DNA of 32,000 bases, taken from positions 29,136 through 61,135 of the forward strand of contig JBMNQX010000003.1 of NCBI GenBank assembly GCA_050944355.1, given 5' to 3'. Both the position numbers and the translations under genes were made by a program. Positions within the stretch are counted from its first letter, which is position 1. Each line of letters starts with the position of its first letter. The notes under the pieces were generated by a model that worked only from the letters and a program-made list of their open reading frames with translations, was not told where the DNA came from and did not search any database. Shown here in pieces: positions 17,676 to 26,683 of this stretch. This stretch comes from Lachnospiraceae bacterium. GTDB taxonomy: Bacteria > Bacillota > Clostridia > Lachnospirales > Lachnospiraceae.

Positions 17676-18209
17676 ATGGACAATAATATCTACAGCAACA
17701 TCAGTGTGCTGATTGATGAAAAGACGCTCAACAAGCGCATTCAGGAACTCGGGGAGACCATCAGCCGCGACTATGCGGGCCGCGAACTGAAACTGATCTG
17801 TATTCTCAAAGGCTCGGTTTTATTTATGAGTGAACTGGCAAAGCGCATCACGGTGCCGGTTCTGTTCGATTTCATGCAGGTATCCAGTTATGGCTCCGGG
17901 ACGAAAAGCAGCGGTTCCGTCAAAATCAAAAAGGACCTGGACGAAGACATCGCCGGTCAGGATGTGCTGATTGTGGAGGATATCATTGACTCCGGAAACA
18001 CACTGTACAAGCTGACGCCGATTTTAAAGGCGAGAAATCCGAAATCGCTTAAAGTTGTGTCGCTCCTCGACAAGCCGGAGCGCCGGGAAGTGCCGTTTCA
18101 GGCCGACTACCGCGGATTTGACATTCCGGATGAATTCGTCGTCGGGTTCGGACTGGACTATGACCAGAAATACCGCAATCTTCCCTATATCGGAATTCTT
18201 CATCTTTAA
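17676..18209 (+). CDS. hpt: hypoxanthine phosphoribosyltransferase
   Basis: 177 aa with the PRPP-binding motif VLIVEDIIDSGNTL and a C-terminal FVVGFGLDYDQKYRNLPYI. Confidence 0.95.
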   Translation: MDNNIYSNISVLIDEKTLNKRIQELGETISRDYAGRELKLICILKGSVLFMSELAKRITVPVLFDFMQVSSYGSGTKSSGSVKIKKDLDEDIAGQDVLIVEDIIDSGNTLYKLTPILKARNPKSLKVVSLLDKPERREVPFQADYRGFDIPDEFVVGFGLDYDQKYRNLPYIGILHL

Positions 18210-18248
18210 TTTCTGGGCAGAAGCGGCCAAGGAGAGAATCAAAGCTGT

Positions 18249-20102
18249 ATGAATACAAAAAAGAGATCATCGGGCAGCGGCCTGGGAATGATCTTTATGT
18301 TTCTGATCATTCTGACGGTTTTTTATCTGATATCGTTTGAGATGCCCGAAACGGAAGAAGATTATGAGTACTCGGATTTTCTGGTCCAGGTGGAGACTGA
18401 CAGTTCCGAGATCAAAGAGCTGGTGATCCATCAGAACCAGGAAATTCCGACCGGCGAAATTGTCGTCACCATGCAGGACGGCACCCGCAAGAAAGCGTAC
18501 GTCTCAGACGTCAATGAAGTCGAGGACATCGCGCAGCAGTACGGAATCCGCTATCAGCTGGAGGACGTTTCGAGACTGAATATCTGGGCCAACATCATCC
18601 TGCCGATCTGCATCATGGTGTTTATGTTCGTCATTCTGTTTCTGATGATCAGGCGTCAGGGTGCCAACAGCGGCGCCAACGCGCAGATGATGAATTTCGG
18701 CAAGAGCCGGGCACAGAAGGTCGAGAGCAGCAAGAATCCGGTTACGTTTAACGACGTGGCAGGCCTGAAGGAAGAAAAAGAAGATCTCAGTGAGATTGTC
18801 GATTTCCTCAGAGAGCCGGCCCGCTATACGAAACTCGGAGCCCGGATTCCGAAAGGCGTTATTCTCACGGGGCCTCCGGGAACCGGTAAGACGCTTCTCG
18901 CGAAGGCGGTCGCCGGCGAGGCGGGCGTCCCGTTCTATTCGATTTCCGGATCGGATTTCGTGGAAATGTTCGTCGGCGTCGGAGCATCCCGTGTCCGCGA
19001 CATGTTTGAAGAGGCGAAGAAAAACGCGCCCTGCATCGTGTTCATCGACGAAATTGATGCCGTGGCAAGACGGCGCGGCGCAGGTCTCGGCGGCGGGCAT
19101 GACGAGAGAGAACAGACGTTAAACCAGCTGCTGGTAGAGATGGACGGTTTCAGCCCGAATGCGGGAATCATTGTCATGGCGGCCACGAACCGCATTGACA
19201 TCCTGGACCCGGCGATCATGAGACCGGGCCGGTTTGACCGCAAGGTTGTCGTGGGACTTCCGGACGTGGATGAGAGACTTGCCATCCTCAAGGTTCACGC
19301 GCGCAAAAAGCCGATGGGCGATGACGTGGATCTGGAAGCGCTGGCCAGAACGACGGCCGGTTTTGCCGGGGCCGATCTGGAAAATATCTTAAATGAAGCG
19401 GCTATCCGCGCGGCCAGAGAGCGCCGGGAATATATCAACAACGAGGATATTCAGGCATCATTTGTCAAGGAAGGCATCGGAACCGAGAAGAAGAGCCGGA
19501 TTATTTCGGACAAGGAGAAGAGAATTACCGCGTACCATGAGTCGGGACACGCGATTCTGTTCCACTGTCTTCCGGAAGTGGGACCTGTTCACATGATTTC
19601 GATCATTCCGACGGGACTTGGCGCAGCCGGTTACACGATGCCGCTCCCGTCAAGGGATGAAATGTTCAACACCCGCGGCAAGATGCTGCAGCAGATCATC
19701 GTGGACTTCGGCGGACGGGTCGCCGAATCGCTGGTTTTCGATGACATCACAACCGGAGCGAGTCAGGATATCCGCCAGGCGACGAAGACAGCCCGCGACA
19801 TGGTCATGAAGTATGGCTTCTCGGATAAGCTCGGCCCGATCGACTATTCGTTCGGGGACAGCGACGAGGTGTTCATCGGCCGTGATATCGGGCATGCGCG
19901 TCCGTACGGCGAGGATGTGACAGCGATGATTGACGCGGAAGTCAAGCGTATTGTGGATTATTGCTACGGTGAGGCGAAGCGCCTCATTGAAGAGAACCGG
20001 TCGGTTCTTGACGCGAGCGCAAATCTGCTGCTCAAGAAAGAAAAAGTGACCGGCGAAGAATTCGACGCGCTCTTTACGGCACCGGCGCCGCAGGCGGACT
20101 AA
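18249..20102 (+). CDS. ftsH: ATP-dependent zinc metalloprotease FtsH
   Basis: 617 aa with two TM segments, AAA+ Walker A GPPGTGKT, Walker [12 protein letters not shown] region [19 protein letters not shown] and zinc motif HESGHA. Confidence 0.97.
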   Translation: MNTKKRSSGSGLGMIFMFLIILTVFYLISFEMPETEEDYEYSDFLVQVETDSSEIKELVIHQNQEIPTGEIVVTMQDGTRKKAYVSDVNEVEDIAQQYGIRYQLEDVSRLNIWANIILPICIMVFMFVILFLMIRRQGANSGANAQMMNFGKSRAQKVESSKNPVTFNDVAGLKEEKEDLSEIVDFLREPARYTKLGARIPKGVILTGPPGTGKTLLAKAVAGEAGVPFYSISGSDFVEMFVGVGASRVRDMFEEAKKNAPCIVFIDEIDAVARRRGAGLGGGHDEREQTLNQLLVEMDGFSPNAGIIVMAATNRIDILDPAIMRPGRFDRKVVVGLPDVDERLAILKVHARKKPMGDDVDLEALARTTAGFAGADLENILNEAAIRAARERREYINNEDIQASFVKEGIGTEKKSRIISDKEKRITAYHESGHAILFHCLPEVGPVHMISIIPTGLGAAGYTMPLPSRDEMFNTRGKMLQQIIVDFGGRVAESLVFDDITTGASQDIRQATKTARDMVMKYGFSDKLGPIDYSFGDSDEVFIGRDIGHARPYGEDVTAMIDAEVKRIVDYCYGEAKRLIEENRSVLDASANLLLKKEKVTGEEFDALFTAPAPQAD

Positions 20103-20111
20103 GGACTGAAT

Positions 20112-22229
20112 ATGAAAATTGTAAAGGATCTTACACAAGATTCTGCATCTGACAGGAAGCTTTTTTACATGTGCAACGTGCGTCCGATTTTAAACACGGA
20201 CGCACTTTTCGCTGATTCGACAGATGAGTATCGGAACCCGTCGGAGCCGCTCCCCGGCGACACAGTGACTCTGCGGTTCCGGACCGAAAGGCTCAACGCT
20301 GACAGAGTATTTGTCAGTCTGAACGGAAATGACACCGAGATGGAGCGGGTGGAATCGGACGAGAATTTCGATTATTTTTCGACTTCATTCGATGTGACCG
20401 ATGAGCACATCTACTATTATTTCCGCATTGTAACGGGGCGCACGGTCGTCTACTATAATCAGCTCGGACCGGACAGCAAGCTCAATCCGTATTACGATTT
20501 TCAGATCATGCCGGGCTTCACGACGCCGGACTGGGCGAAGGGCGCCGTGGTGTATCAGATTTTTACCGACCGTTTCTGCAATGGCGATAAGAGCAATGAT
20601 GTTCTCACGGATGAGTATTCGTATCTGGGAGAACACGTAAAACACATCGACGACTGGAATCAGTACCCGTCGGCATCGGAGGGCGTTCGCGAATTTTACG
20701 GCGGCGATCTCCAGGGTGTGCTCGACAAGATGGACTATCTGCAGGATCTGGGCGTCGAGGCCATTTATTTCAACCCGCTGTTTGTATCCCCCAGCAACCA
20801 CAAATATGATATTCAGGACTACGACTACATCGACCCGCATTTCGGAAAGATCATCGAGGACGAGGGCAGTCTGCTTGCGCCCGGCGATCAGGACAATACG
20901 CACGCGGCCCGCTATATCAACCGCGTGACCAATGCCGTCAATCTGGAAGCGGGCAACTCGCTGTTCCGTCATCTTGTGGAAGAGGCGCACCGCCGCGGCA
21001 TGCGCGTCATCATCGACGGCGTGTTCAATCACTGCGGCTCGTTCAACCGCTGGATGGACCGCGAGCACATCTACAAGACCAGCCAGCATTCGCACACGGA
21101 CGGCGCTTACGTCAGCAAAGACAGCCCGTATCACGATTTCTTCCAGTTCAACGCCGACACGTGGCCGGACAACAAGTCTTACGACGGATGGTGGGGCCAC
21201 GATACGCTGCCGAAACTCAACTATGAGGCGAGCAGCCAGCTGGAGAGCATCGTGCTCGGCATCGCGGCCAAATGGGTTTCGCCGCCGTTTTCGGCGGACG
21301 GCTGGAGACTGGATGTGGCGGCTGACCTCGGCCACAGTCCTGAGTACAACCACTCGTTCTGGAAAAAATTCCGGCAGACCGTAAAACAGGCCAACCCGGA
21401 AGCCATCATCATCGCCGAGAATTACGGCGATTCCTATAACTGGCTGCAGGGCGACGAGTGGGACACGGTCATGGACTACGACGCCTTCATGGAGCCGGTG
21501 ACCTGGTTTCTGACGGGCATGCAGAAGCACTCGGACGAGTTCCGCAAGGATATGCTCGGCAATGCCGATTCTTTCTTTGATTCCATGCGCTACAACATGG
21601 CGAGACTCGGCGGCCAGGCGGCCCGCATCGCGATGAACGAGCTGAGCAATCACGACCACTCGCGCTTTCTCACGCGTACCAACCGCACGGTCGGGCGCCT
21701 GAATTACATGGGGAGTGAGGCGGCGTCAAAAGGCATCAACAAAGCCGTCATGATGGAGGCCGTCGTCATCCAGATGACCTGGCCCGGCATGCCCACGGTG
21801 TACTACGGCGACGAGGCCGGCGTGTGCGGCTGGACCGATCCGGACAACCGGCGCACTTATCCCTGGGGACACGAAGACAAGCTTCTCCTGAATTTTCACC
21901 GGGCAATCATCCGGCTGCACAAGACCTATCCGGTGCTGCGCAACGGTTCTCTGAAAAAACTCAAGGCCGAGTACAATCTGATCGCCTACGGGCGCTTCAA
22001 CCGGAAAGATCAGATCATTGTCGTCGTCAACAACAGCGAAGACGAGCGCCGCGTCATTCTCCCGGTCTGGGAACTCGGTCTCACCGATGATGACGATGTG
22101 GAGCAGATCTTTGTCACCTATGACGGTGGTTTCTCGCAGGAGCCGCTCGGATACCGCATCCGGAACGGCAGCCTGAATCTCGGCATGAGAAAGACATCCG
22201 CCATGATTCTCAGAAAGAAAGTATGGTAA
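20112..22229 (+). CDS. GH13 alpha-glucan hydrolase (neopullulanase/cyclomaltodextrinase-like), cytoplasmic
   Basis: 705 aa with GH13 regions DGVFNHCG (I), GWRLDVAADL (II, nucleophile Asp), IIAENYG (III, Glu) and SNHDHSRF (IV). It has an N-terminal Ig-like/CBM34-type domain and no signal peptide. Confidence 0.85.
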   Translation: MKIVKDLTQDSASDRKLFYMCNVRPILNTDALFADSTDEYRNPSEPLPGDTVTLRFRTERLNADRVFVSLNGNDTEMERVESDENFDYFSTSFDVTDEHIYYYFRIVTGRTVVYYNQLGPDSKLNPYYDFQIMPGFTTPDWAKGAVVYQIFTDRFCNGDKSNDVLTDEYSYLGEHVKHIDDWNQYPSASEGVREFYGGDLQGVLDKMDYLQDLGVEAIYFNPLFVSPSNHKYDIQDYDYIDPHFGKIIEDEGSLLAPGDQDNTHAARYINRVTNAVNLEAGNSLFRHLVEEAHRRGMRVIIDGVFNHCGSFNRWMDREHIYKTSQHSHTDGAYVSKDSPYHDFFQFNADTWPDNKSYDGWWGHDTLPKLNYEASSQLESIVLGIAAKWVSPPFSADGWRLDVAADLGHSPEYNHSFWKKFRQTVKQANPEAIIIAENYGDSYNWLQGDEWDTVMDYDAFMEPVTWFLTGMQKHSDEFRKDMLGNADSFFDSMRYNMARLGGQAARIAMNELSNHDHSRFLTRTNRTVGRLNYMGSEAASKGINKAVMMEAVVIQMTWPGMPTVYYGDEAGVCGWTDPDNRRTYPWGHEDKLLLNFHRAIIRLHKTYPVLRNGSLKKLKAEYNLIAYGRFNRKDQIIVVVNNSEDERRVILPVWELGLTDDDDVEQIFVTYDGGFSQEPLGYRIRNGSLNLGMRKTSAMILRKKVW

Positions 22230-22958
22230 ATGAACTTTCACGTACTGACGCTTTTTCCGCAGATGATCACCGACGGTTTTCACACGAGCATTACCGGCCG
22301 AGCCATGGACGCGGGGCTGCTCAGTCTTGAGACCGTCGACATCCGCGATTTCTCAAATGACAAGCACTTCAAGGTCGATGACTACACATACGGAGGCGGC
22401 GCCGGTCTCCTGATGAAGGCAGAACCGGTGTGCGCGGCCTATGACGATCTTGTGAGGCGCACGGGACACAAAATGAAAACCATCTACCTGACTCCGCAGG
22501 GGAGTGTTTTCAATCAGGAAAAGGCGGCGCAGCTCGCCAAAGAAACGGATCTCTGCCTGCTGTGCGGACACTACGAGGGAATCGATGAGCGGGCGCTCGA
22601 AGAACTGGGGGCCGAATTCATCTCGGTCGGCGATTATGTTCTGACCGGCGGCGAACTTCCGGCGCTGATCGTCATGGACGCCGTCTCGCGGCTGGTTCCG
22701 GGCGTTTTGCACAACAACGAGTCCGCCGAGACGGAGAGTTTTGGGGACGGCCTGCTCGAATATCCCCAGTATACGCGCCCGGAGGAATTCCGGGGGCGCA
22801 GAGTGCCGGAAATTCTGCTGTCGGGCGATCACGGAAAAGTCGATGCGTGGCGCCACGAACAGAGCCTGCGGCGGACAGCCAGATACAGACCGGATCTTCT
22901 GGCAGCTTACCTGGCCGCTCATCCGGACGAGAAAGGACCGGAGGAACCGGACACATGA
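22230..22958 (+). CDS. trmD: tRNA (guanine37-N1)-methyltransferase
   Basis: 242 aa: MNFHVLTLFPQM..., CGHYEGIDERA, GDYVLTGGELPALIVMDAVSRLVPGVL (SPOUT knot). The ATG abuts the GH13 stop (TAAATG). Confidence 0.93.
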   Translation: MNFHVLTLFPQMITDGFHTSITGRAMDAGLLSLETVDIRDFSNDKHFKVDDYTYGGGAGLLMKAEPVCAAYDDLVRRTGHKMKTIYLTPQGSVFNQEKAAQLAKETDLCLLCGHYEGIDERALEELGAEFISVGDYVLTGGELPALIVMDAVSRLVPGVLHNNESAETESFGDGLLEYPQYTRPEEFRGRRVPEILLSGDHGKVDAWRHEQSLRRTARYRPDLLAAYLAAHPDEKGPEEPDT

Positions 22959-23962
22959 GACTCGGAAAACTGGCGGAAGGCCCCAGACTGCGGGCCGTGA
23001 AAAAAATTTTTGAAAACAACAGTGTTCCGGAACCGGCGCTTTTGTCCGGCGTCAGGACAGACGCGGCGGTGGCGGAAATTCCGGGATTCCCCGGCAAATG
23101 CCTTCTTCAGGCCCAGGGAGCGGACCCGGACGCTCTGATGGAAGCGTGCAATCTCGTGTATGCGGGCGGCGGTGTTCCGGAATGCGCCGAAATCACGATT
23201 TTCCTTCCACCGCAGATGACAGAGCAGGAACTCAAAAAAATCACAAGGAGCCTTGAACAGGAAGCCGGACGTCTGAACGTGCGCGTCACAGGCGTAGACG
23301 CGAGAGTCCGCGCAGGGTTGACAAATGTTTGCATAACCGCTACAGTGACAGCAATCGGTGATTTTGGTATTGTCGGAAAGCTCACCACTCCAAAGGCGGG
23401 TCAGGCGCTTGTCGTGACGGGATACGCGGGTCAGGCGGGAATCCGAAGCGTTTTCCCTTATCTTCCGGATGATATCCGAAAGAGATTCCGCCCGGACTTT
23501 CTGGACAGAGCTTTCGGAAAAGAAAGCGACACGAGTGCGGCCGCGGCGGCCGGGGTGTGCCGTGAGGCGCTGAAAGACGGAACATTTGCCATCAGTGCGG
23601 TGCATGCGGCCGGTGAGGGAGGCATTTTCGCGGCGCTCTGGGAGATGACGGCAGGCAGCGGCGTCGGTTTCACGGCGGACGTTCACAAAATTCCGGTGCG
23701 TCAGGAGGCTGTTGAAATCGCACAGCTCTTGGGGTTAAACCCGTATGAGATTCATTCGGGCGGAAGTCTTCTGATTGCGGCGGATGACGGCGAGGGCCTG
23801 GTACAGAAAATCCGCGGGGCGGGCGTGCCGGCCGAAACACTGGGAAGTTTTACGGACAGCAACAGCAAAATCCTGAACAATCGCGGGCGGATCCGGTTTC
23901 TTGACAAGCCACAGGAGGATCTGAGCGTCGATTTCCGGTACAGGCTGAGAGGAGAAGAATAA
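22955..23962 (+). CDS. AIR-synthase-related protein (PurM/HypE/ThiL/SelD superfamily), function unknown
   Basis: Start taken at ATG 22955 (MRLGKLAEG...), which overlaps the trmD stop (ATGA); the track start 22847 lies inside trmD. It has an N-terminal DAAV motif (VRTDAAVAEI) and a PurM-type C-terminal domain pattern, HAAGEGGIFAALWEMTAGSGVGFTADVHKIPV...LGLNPYEIHSGGSLLI. Confidence 0.65.
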   Translation: MRLGKLAEGPRLRAVKKIFENNSVPEPALLSGVRTDAAVAEIPGFPGKCLLQAQGADPDALMEACNLVYAGGGVPECAEITIFLPPQMTEQELKKITRSLEQEAGRLNVRVTGVDARVRAGLTNVCITATVTAIGDFGIVGKLTTPKAGQALVVTGYAGQAGIRSVFPYLPDDIRKRFRPDFLDRAFGKESDTSAAAAAGVCREALKDGTFAISAVHAAGEGGIFAALWEMTAGSGVGFTADVHKIPVRQEAVEIAQLLGLNPYEIHSGGSLLIAADDGEGLVQKIRGAGVPAETLGSFTDSNSKILNNRGRIRFLDKPQEDLSVDFRYRLRGEE

Positions 23963-24451
23963 ATGGAATTAAGAGAACAGATTCTCAGAGATATTGAGAA
24001 GGATGCCCGCGTCGATCTGCATGAACTGGCTATCCGGCTCGGTGTCGAAGAAGCAGAGGTCGCCAACGAGATCGCGGATATGGAGAAGGAACATATCATC
24101 TGCGGTTACAACACACTGATCAACTGGGACAACACGAGTCTTGAAAAAGTCACGGCGCTGATCGAGGTGCAGGTTCAGCCGCAGAGAGGGCTGGGATTCG
24201 ACGCGATCGCAGAGAGACTTTACAAGTACAGTGAGATCAAAGCGGTGTATCTGATGAGCGGCGGTTTTGACTTTACCGTCATCATTGAGGGCAAGTCCAT
24301 GAAGTCTATCGCCCAGTTCGTGGCGACGAAGCTCTCCACACTGGACTCGATCCGCAGCTGCGCCACGCACTTTGTGCTGAAAAAGTATAAGGATTACGGC
24401 GTCATATTTGACGAAATCCACAAGGACGAAAGGGAGAAGATTACGCCATGA
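23963..24451 (+). CDS. Lrp/AsnC-family transcriptional regulator (AlaR-like)
   Basis: 162 aa with an N-terminal wHTH (ILRDIEKDARVDLHELAIRLGVEEAEV) and a RAM/AsnC C-terminal domain. It overlaps the downstream aminotransferase (ATGA), resembling the B. subtilis alaR-alaT pair. Confidence 0.85.
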   Translation: MELREQILRDIEKDARVDLHELAIRLGVEEAEVANEIADMEKEHIICGYNTLINWDNTSLEKVTALIEVQVQPQRGLGFDAIAERLYKYSEIKAVYLMSGGFDFTVIIEGKSMKSIAQFVATKLSTLDSIRSCATHFVLKKYKDYGVIFDEIHKDEREKITP

Positions 24452-25608
24452 GACCGATGACTTCCGAAAAAATCCGGGCTCTGCAGCCTTCCGGGATCCG
24501 GAAATTCTTCGACATCGTTCACGAGATGCCGGATGCGATTTCCCTGGGCGTGGGCGAACCGGATTTTGATACGCCGTGGAACATCCGCGAGGAGGGCATT
24601 TACTCGCTGGAGCGCGGCCGCACGTTTTATACGTCAAATGCGGGCCTGATGCCGCTTCGCGAAGAAATTTCGCGCTATCTGGAGAGGAACCAGGGCCTGA
24701 AGTACAATCCGAAAAGTCAGGTGCTGGTCACTGTCGGCGGCAGCGAGGCCATCGACATCGCGATGCGCTGCATTGTCAATCCGGGCGATGAGGTTCTGAT
24801 TCCGGAGCCGAGCTATGTTTCTTACCGGCCCTGCGCGATCATGGCCGACGCGACTCCTGTGACCATCAACCTGCAGGAATCCAATGGGTTCAAGCTCACG
24901 GCTGAGCAGCTTGAGGCGGCCATCACCGACCGGTCCCGCATTCTCGTGATGCCGTTCCCGAACAATCCGACGGGATCGATCATGACGAGAGAGGAGCTCG
25001 AGCCGCTTGTTCCGATCATCATCAAACACGATCTGATTGTGATCTCCGACGAGATTTACAGCGCTCTCACATACAGTGGAAAGCACGTGTCGATCGCAGA
25101 ACTCCCGGGCATGCAGGAGCGCACGATTCTCATCGGCGGTTTTTCGAAAGCATTTGCCATGACGGGCTGGAGACTCGGATATGCGTGCGGGCCCGAGGAG
25201 ATCATCGCGCAGATGACGAAGCTGCATCAGTTCACCATCATGTGCGCGCCGACGACGAGCCAGTACGCGGCGGTTGAGGCGCTTGCCAACTCGCAGCCCG
25301 AGGTGGACCGGATGGTCGCGTCATACAACGAGAGACGGCGGTTTTTGCTGCACGAATTCAAGCGGATGGGAATCGAGTGCTTTGAGCCTTTCGGCGCGTT
25401 TTATGTATTTCCGTCGATCCGCAAGTTCGGCATGACGAGCGACGAGTTTGCGACGCGGCTCCTGAAAGAGCAGAAGCTGGCGGTTGTCCCGGGCACGGCG
25501 TTCGGCGCCTGCGGCGAAGGCAATATCCGGATTTCCTATGCATACTCTATTGATGATTTGAAAATAGGCCTCTCCCGGATTGAAGCCTTTATTCAGTCTC
25601 TGCAGTGA
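24448..25608 (+). CDS. PLP-dependent aminotransferase class I/II (AlaT/AspC-like)
   Basis: 386 aa: LQPSGIRKFF, GEPDFDTP, PNNPTG, GGFSKAFAMTGWRLGY (PLP Lys), RISYA. Confidence 0.9.
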   Translation: MRPMTSEKIRALQPSGIRKFFDIVHEMPDAISLGVGEPDFDTPWNIREEGIYSLERGRTFYTSNAGLMPLREEISRYLERNQGLKYNPKSQVLVTVGGSEAIDIAMRCIVNPGDEVLIPEPSYVSYRPCAIMADATPVTINLQESNGFKLTAEQLEAAITDRSRILVMPFPNNPTGSIMTREELEPLVPIIIKHDLIVISDEIYSALTYSGKHVSIAELPGMQERTILIGGFSKAFAMTGWRLGYACGPEEIIAQMTKLHQFTIMCAPTTSQYAAVEALANSQPEVDRMVASYNERRRFLLHEFKRMGIECFEPFGAFYVFPSIRKFGMTSDEFATRLLKEQKLAVVPGTAFGACGEGNIRISYAYSIDDLKIGLSRIEAFIQSLQ

Positions 25609-25615
25609 GGAGTGT

Positions 25616-26680
25616 ATGGAAATGGATCGGTTTAAGACAGCGGCACCCGTACTGATCGTGTGTGCCGTTGTGCTGCTGGCAGTTCTGTTCAGCTCGGTGG
25701 GCCGGGGTGACAATGAGCTTCCGCCGCCATCGACAACGGAGACCGAGAGCAGTGAAGCGCAGGAGTCGGGAGAATTTCAGGTGGACGAGACCATCTCCAA
25801 GGCCAGTCCCGAGGAAGCGTATGTTCAGATCGATGACATGGTTTTTCAGCTGGGGTATCAGGAACTCCTCTCGGATGCCGTAGAAGAAATCGAAGCGTCC
25901 GGACGCTACACGATAGAAGGCTACGATGCTGACGCGAAAGGACACAGCGCGGAAATCACGGTGAGCCGCGACGGGACGGTGCTTTTCACCCTGAGGGCCA
26001 GCAGTATAAAAGAATACGCGGATGATTCCAGCGTGTCGTACGCGGCGGCGTTGTTTGCGAATGACTCGGAAAAGAACATGGTTCTGACGGGAATCACCAT
26101 CACAGACGCGGGGAAGGAATATGCCTGGATTTTCTCCGGGACGCGGTATGACGGAAGCGGCCTGAGAAAGGAAGAATTTCTGACCCGCTTCGGATCGTAT
26201 TCCTCTGACGAGTATGTCTACCCGTCTCTGGTGCAGAGCGAGACAGATTCTGCCGATGTATCGGAATATGTCCTGAGCGTCGAGGTCAACGCTCCGAAAC
26301 AGGAAGTGCTCCCTTCCCGGGTCCTCACACAGATTCGCAGTCTGAGGACGCTTCAGTACACATTTGTGTTTGACAACAGAACGCAGGAATGCACTTCGAT
26401 TACGATTCAAAACACGGTCGACGCCGATGAAGTCATGGCGTACTGGGATTACCGGGCGGAAGAAAGTGCAAGACAGACGGGCACGACGTCATCTTCCGAA
26501 TCGTCTTCCGCTGAGGACGGTGAAATCGCGGACGAGCCGGCGGAAGAGACGACAGAAGGAGAGGATGCAGCGGCGGAAGACGAGGCTGCCGCAGACAGCA
26601 CAGACAGCGGGGAAGAAACCGCTGAGGTCTCCGCACAGGAGACCCCGGAAACAGAAGAACTTTCAGCGGACGGAACGTAG
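25616..26680 (+). CDS. hypothetical membrane-anchored protein with acidic low-complexity C-terminus
   Basis: The ORF has an N-terminal TM anchor (AAPVLIVCAVVLLAVLFSSVG), a central region of about 230 aa with no motif I recognise, and a C-terminal E/D/A/S/T-rich tail. GAGGAG at 25607-25612 fits ATG 25622 better than ATG 25616, so the start is uncertain by 2 codons. Confidence 0.6.
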   Translation: MEMDRFKTAAPVLIVCAVVLLAVLFSSVGRGDNELPPPSTTETESSEAQESGEFQVDETISKASPEEAYVQIDDMVFQLGYQELLSDAVEEIEASGRYTIEGYDADAKGHSAEITVSRDGTVLFTLRASSIKEYADDSSVSYAAALFANDSEKNMVLTGITITDAGKEYAWIFSGTRYDGSGLRKEEFLTRFGSYSSDEYVYPSLVQSETDSADVSEYVLSVEVNAPKQEVLPSRVLTQIRSLRTLQYTFVFDNRTQECTSITIQNTVDADEVMAYWDYRAEESARQTGTTSSSESSSAEDGEIADEPAEETTEGEDAAAEDEAAADSTDSGEETAEVSAQETPETEELSADGT

Positions 26681-26683
26681 GAA

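Noticed and set aside
26592-26609. A tandem 9-mer, CAGACAGCA CAGACAGCG.
   Set aside because: There are only two copies, inside the acidic low-complexity coding tail (ADSTDSG). This is a compositional effect, not a repeat element.
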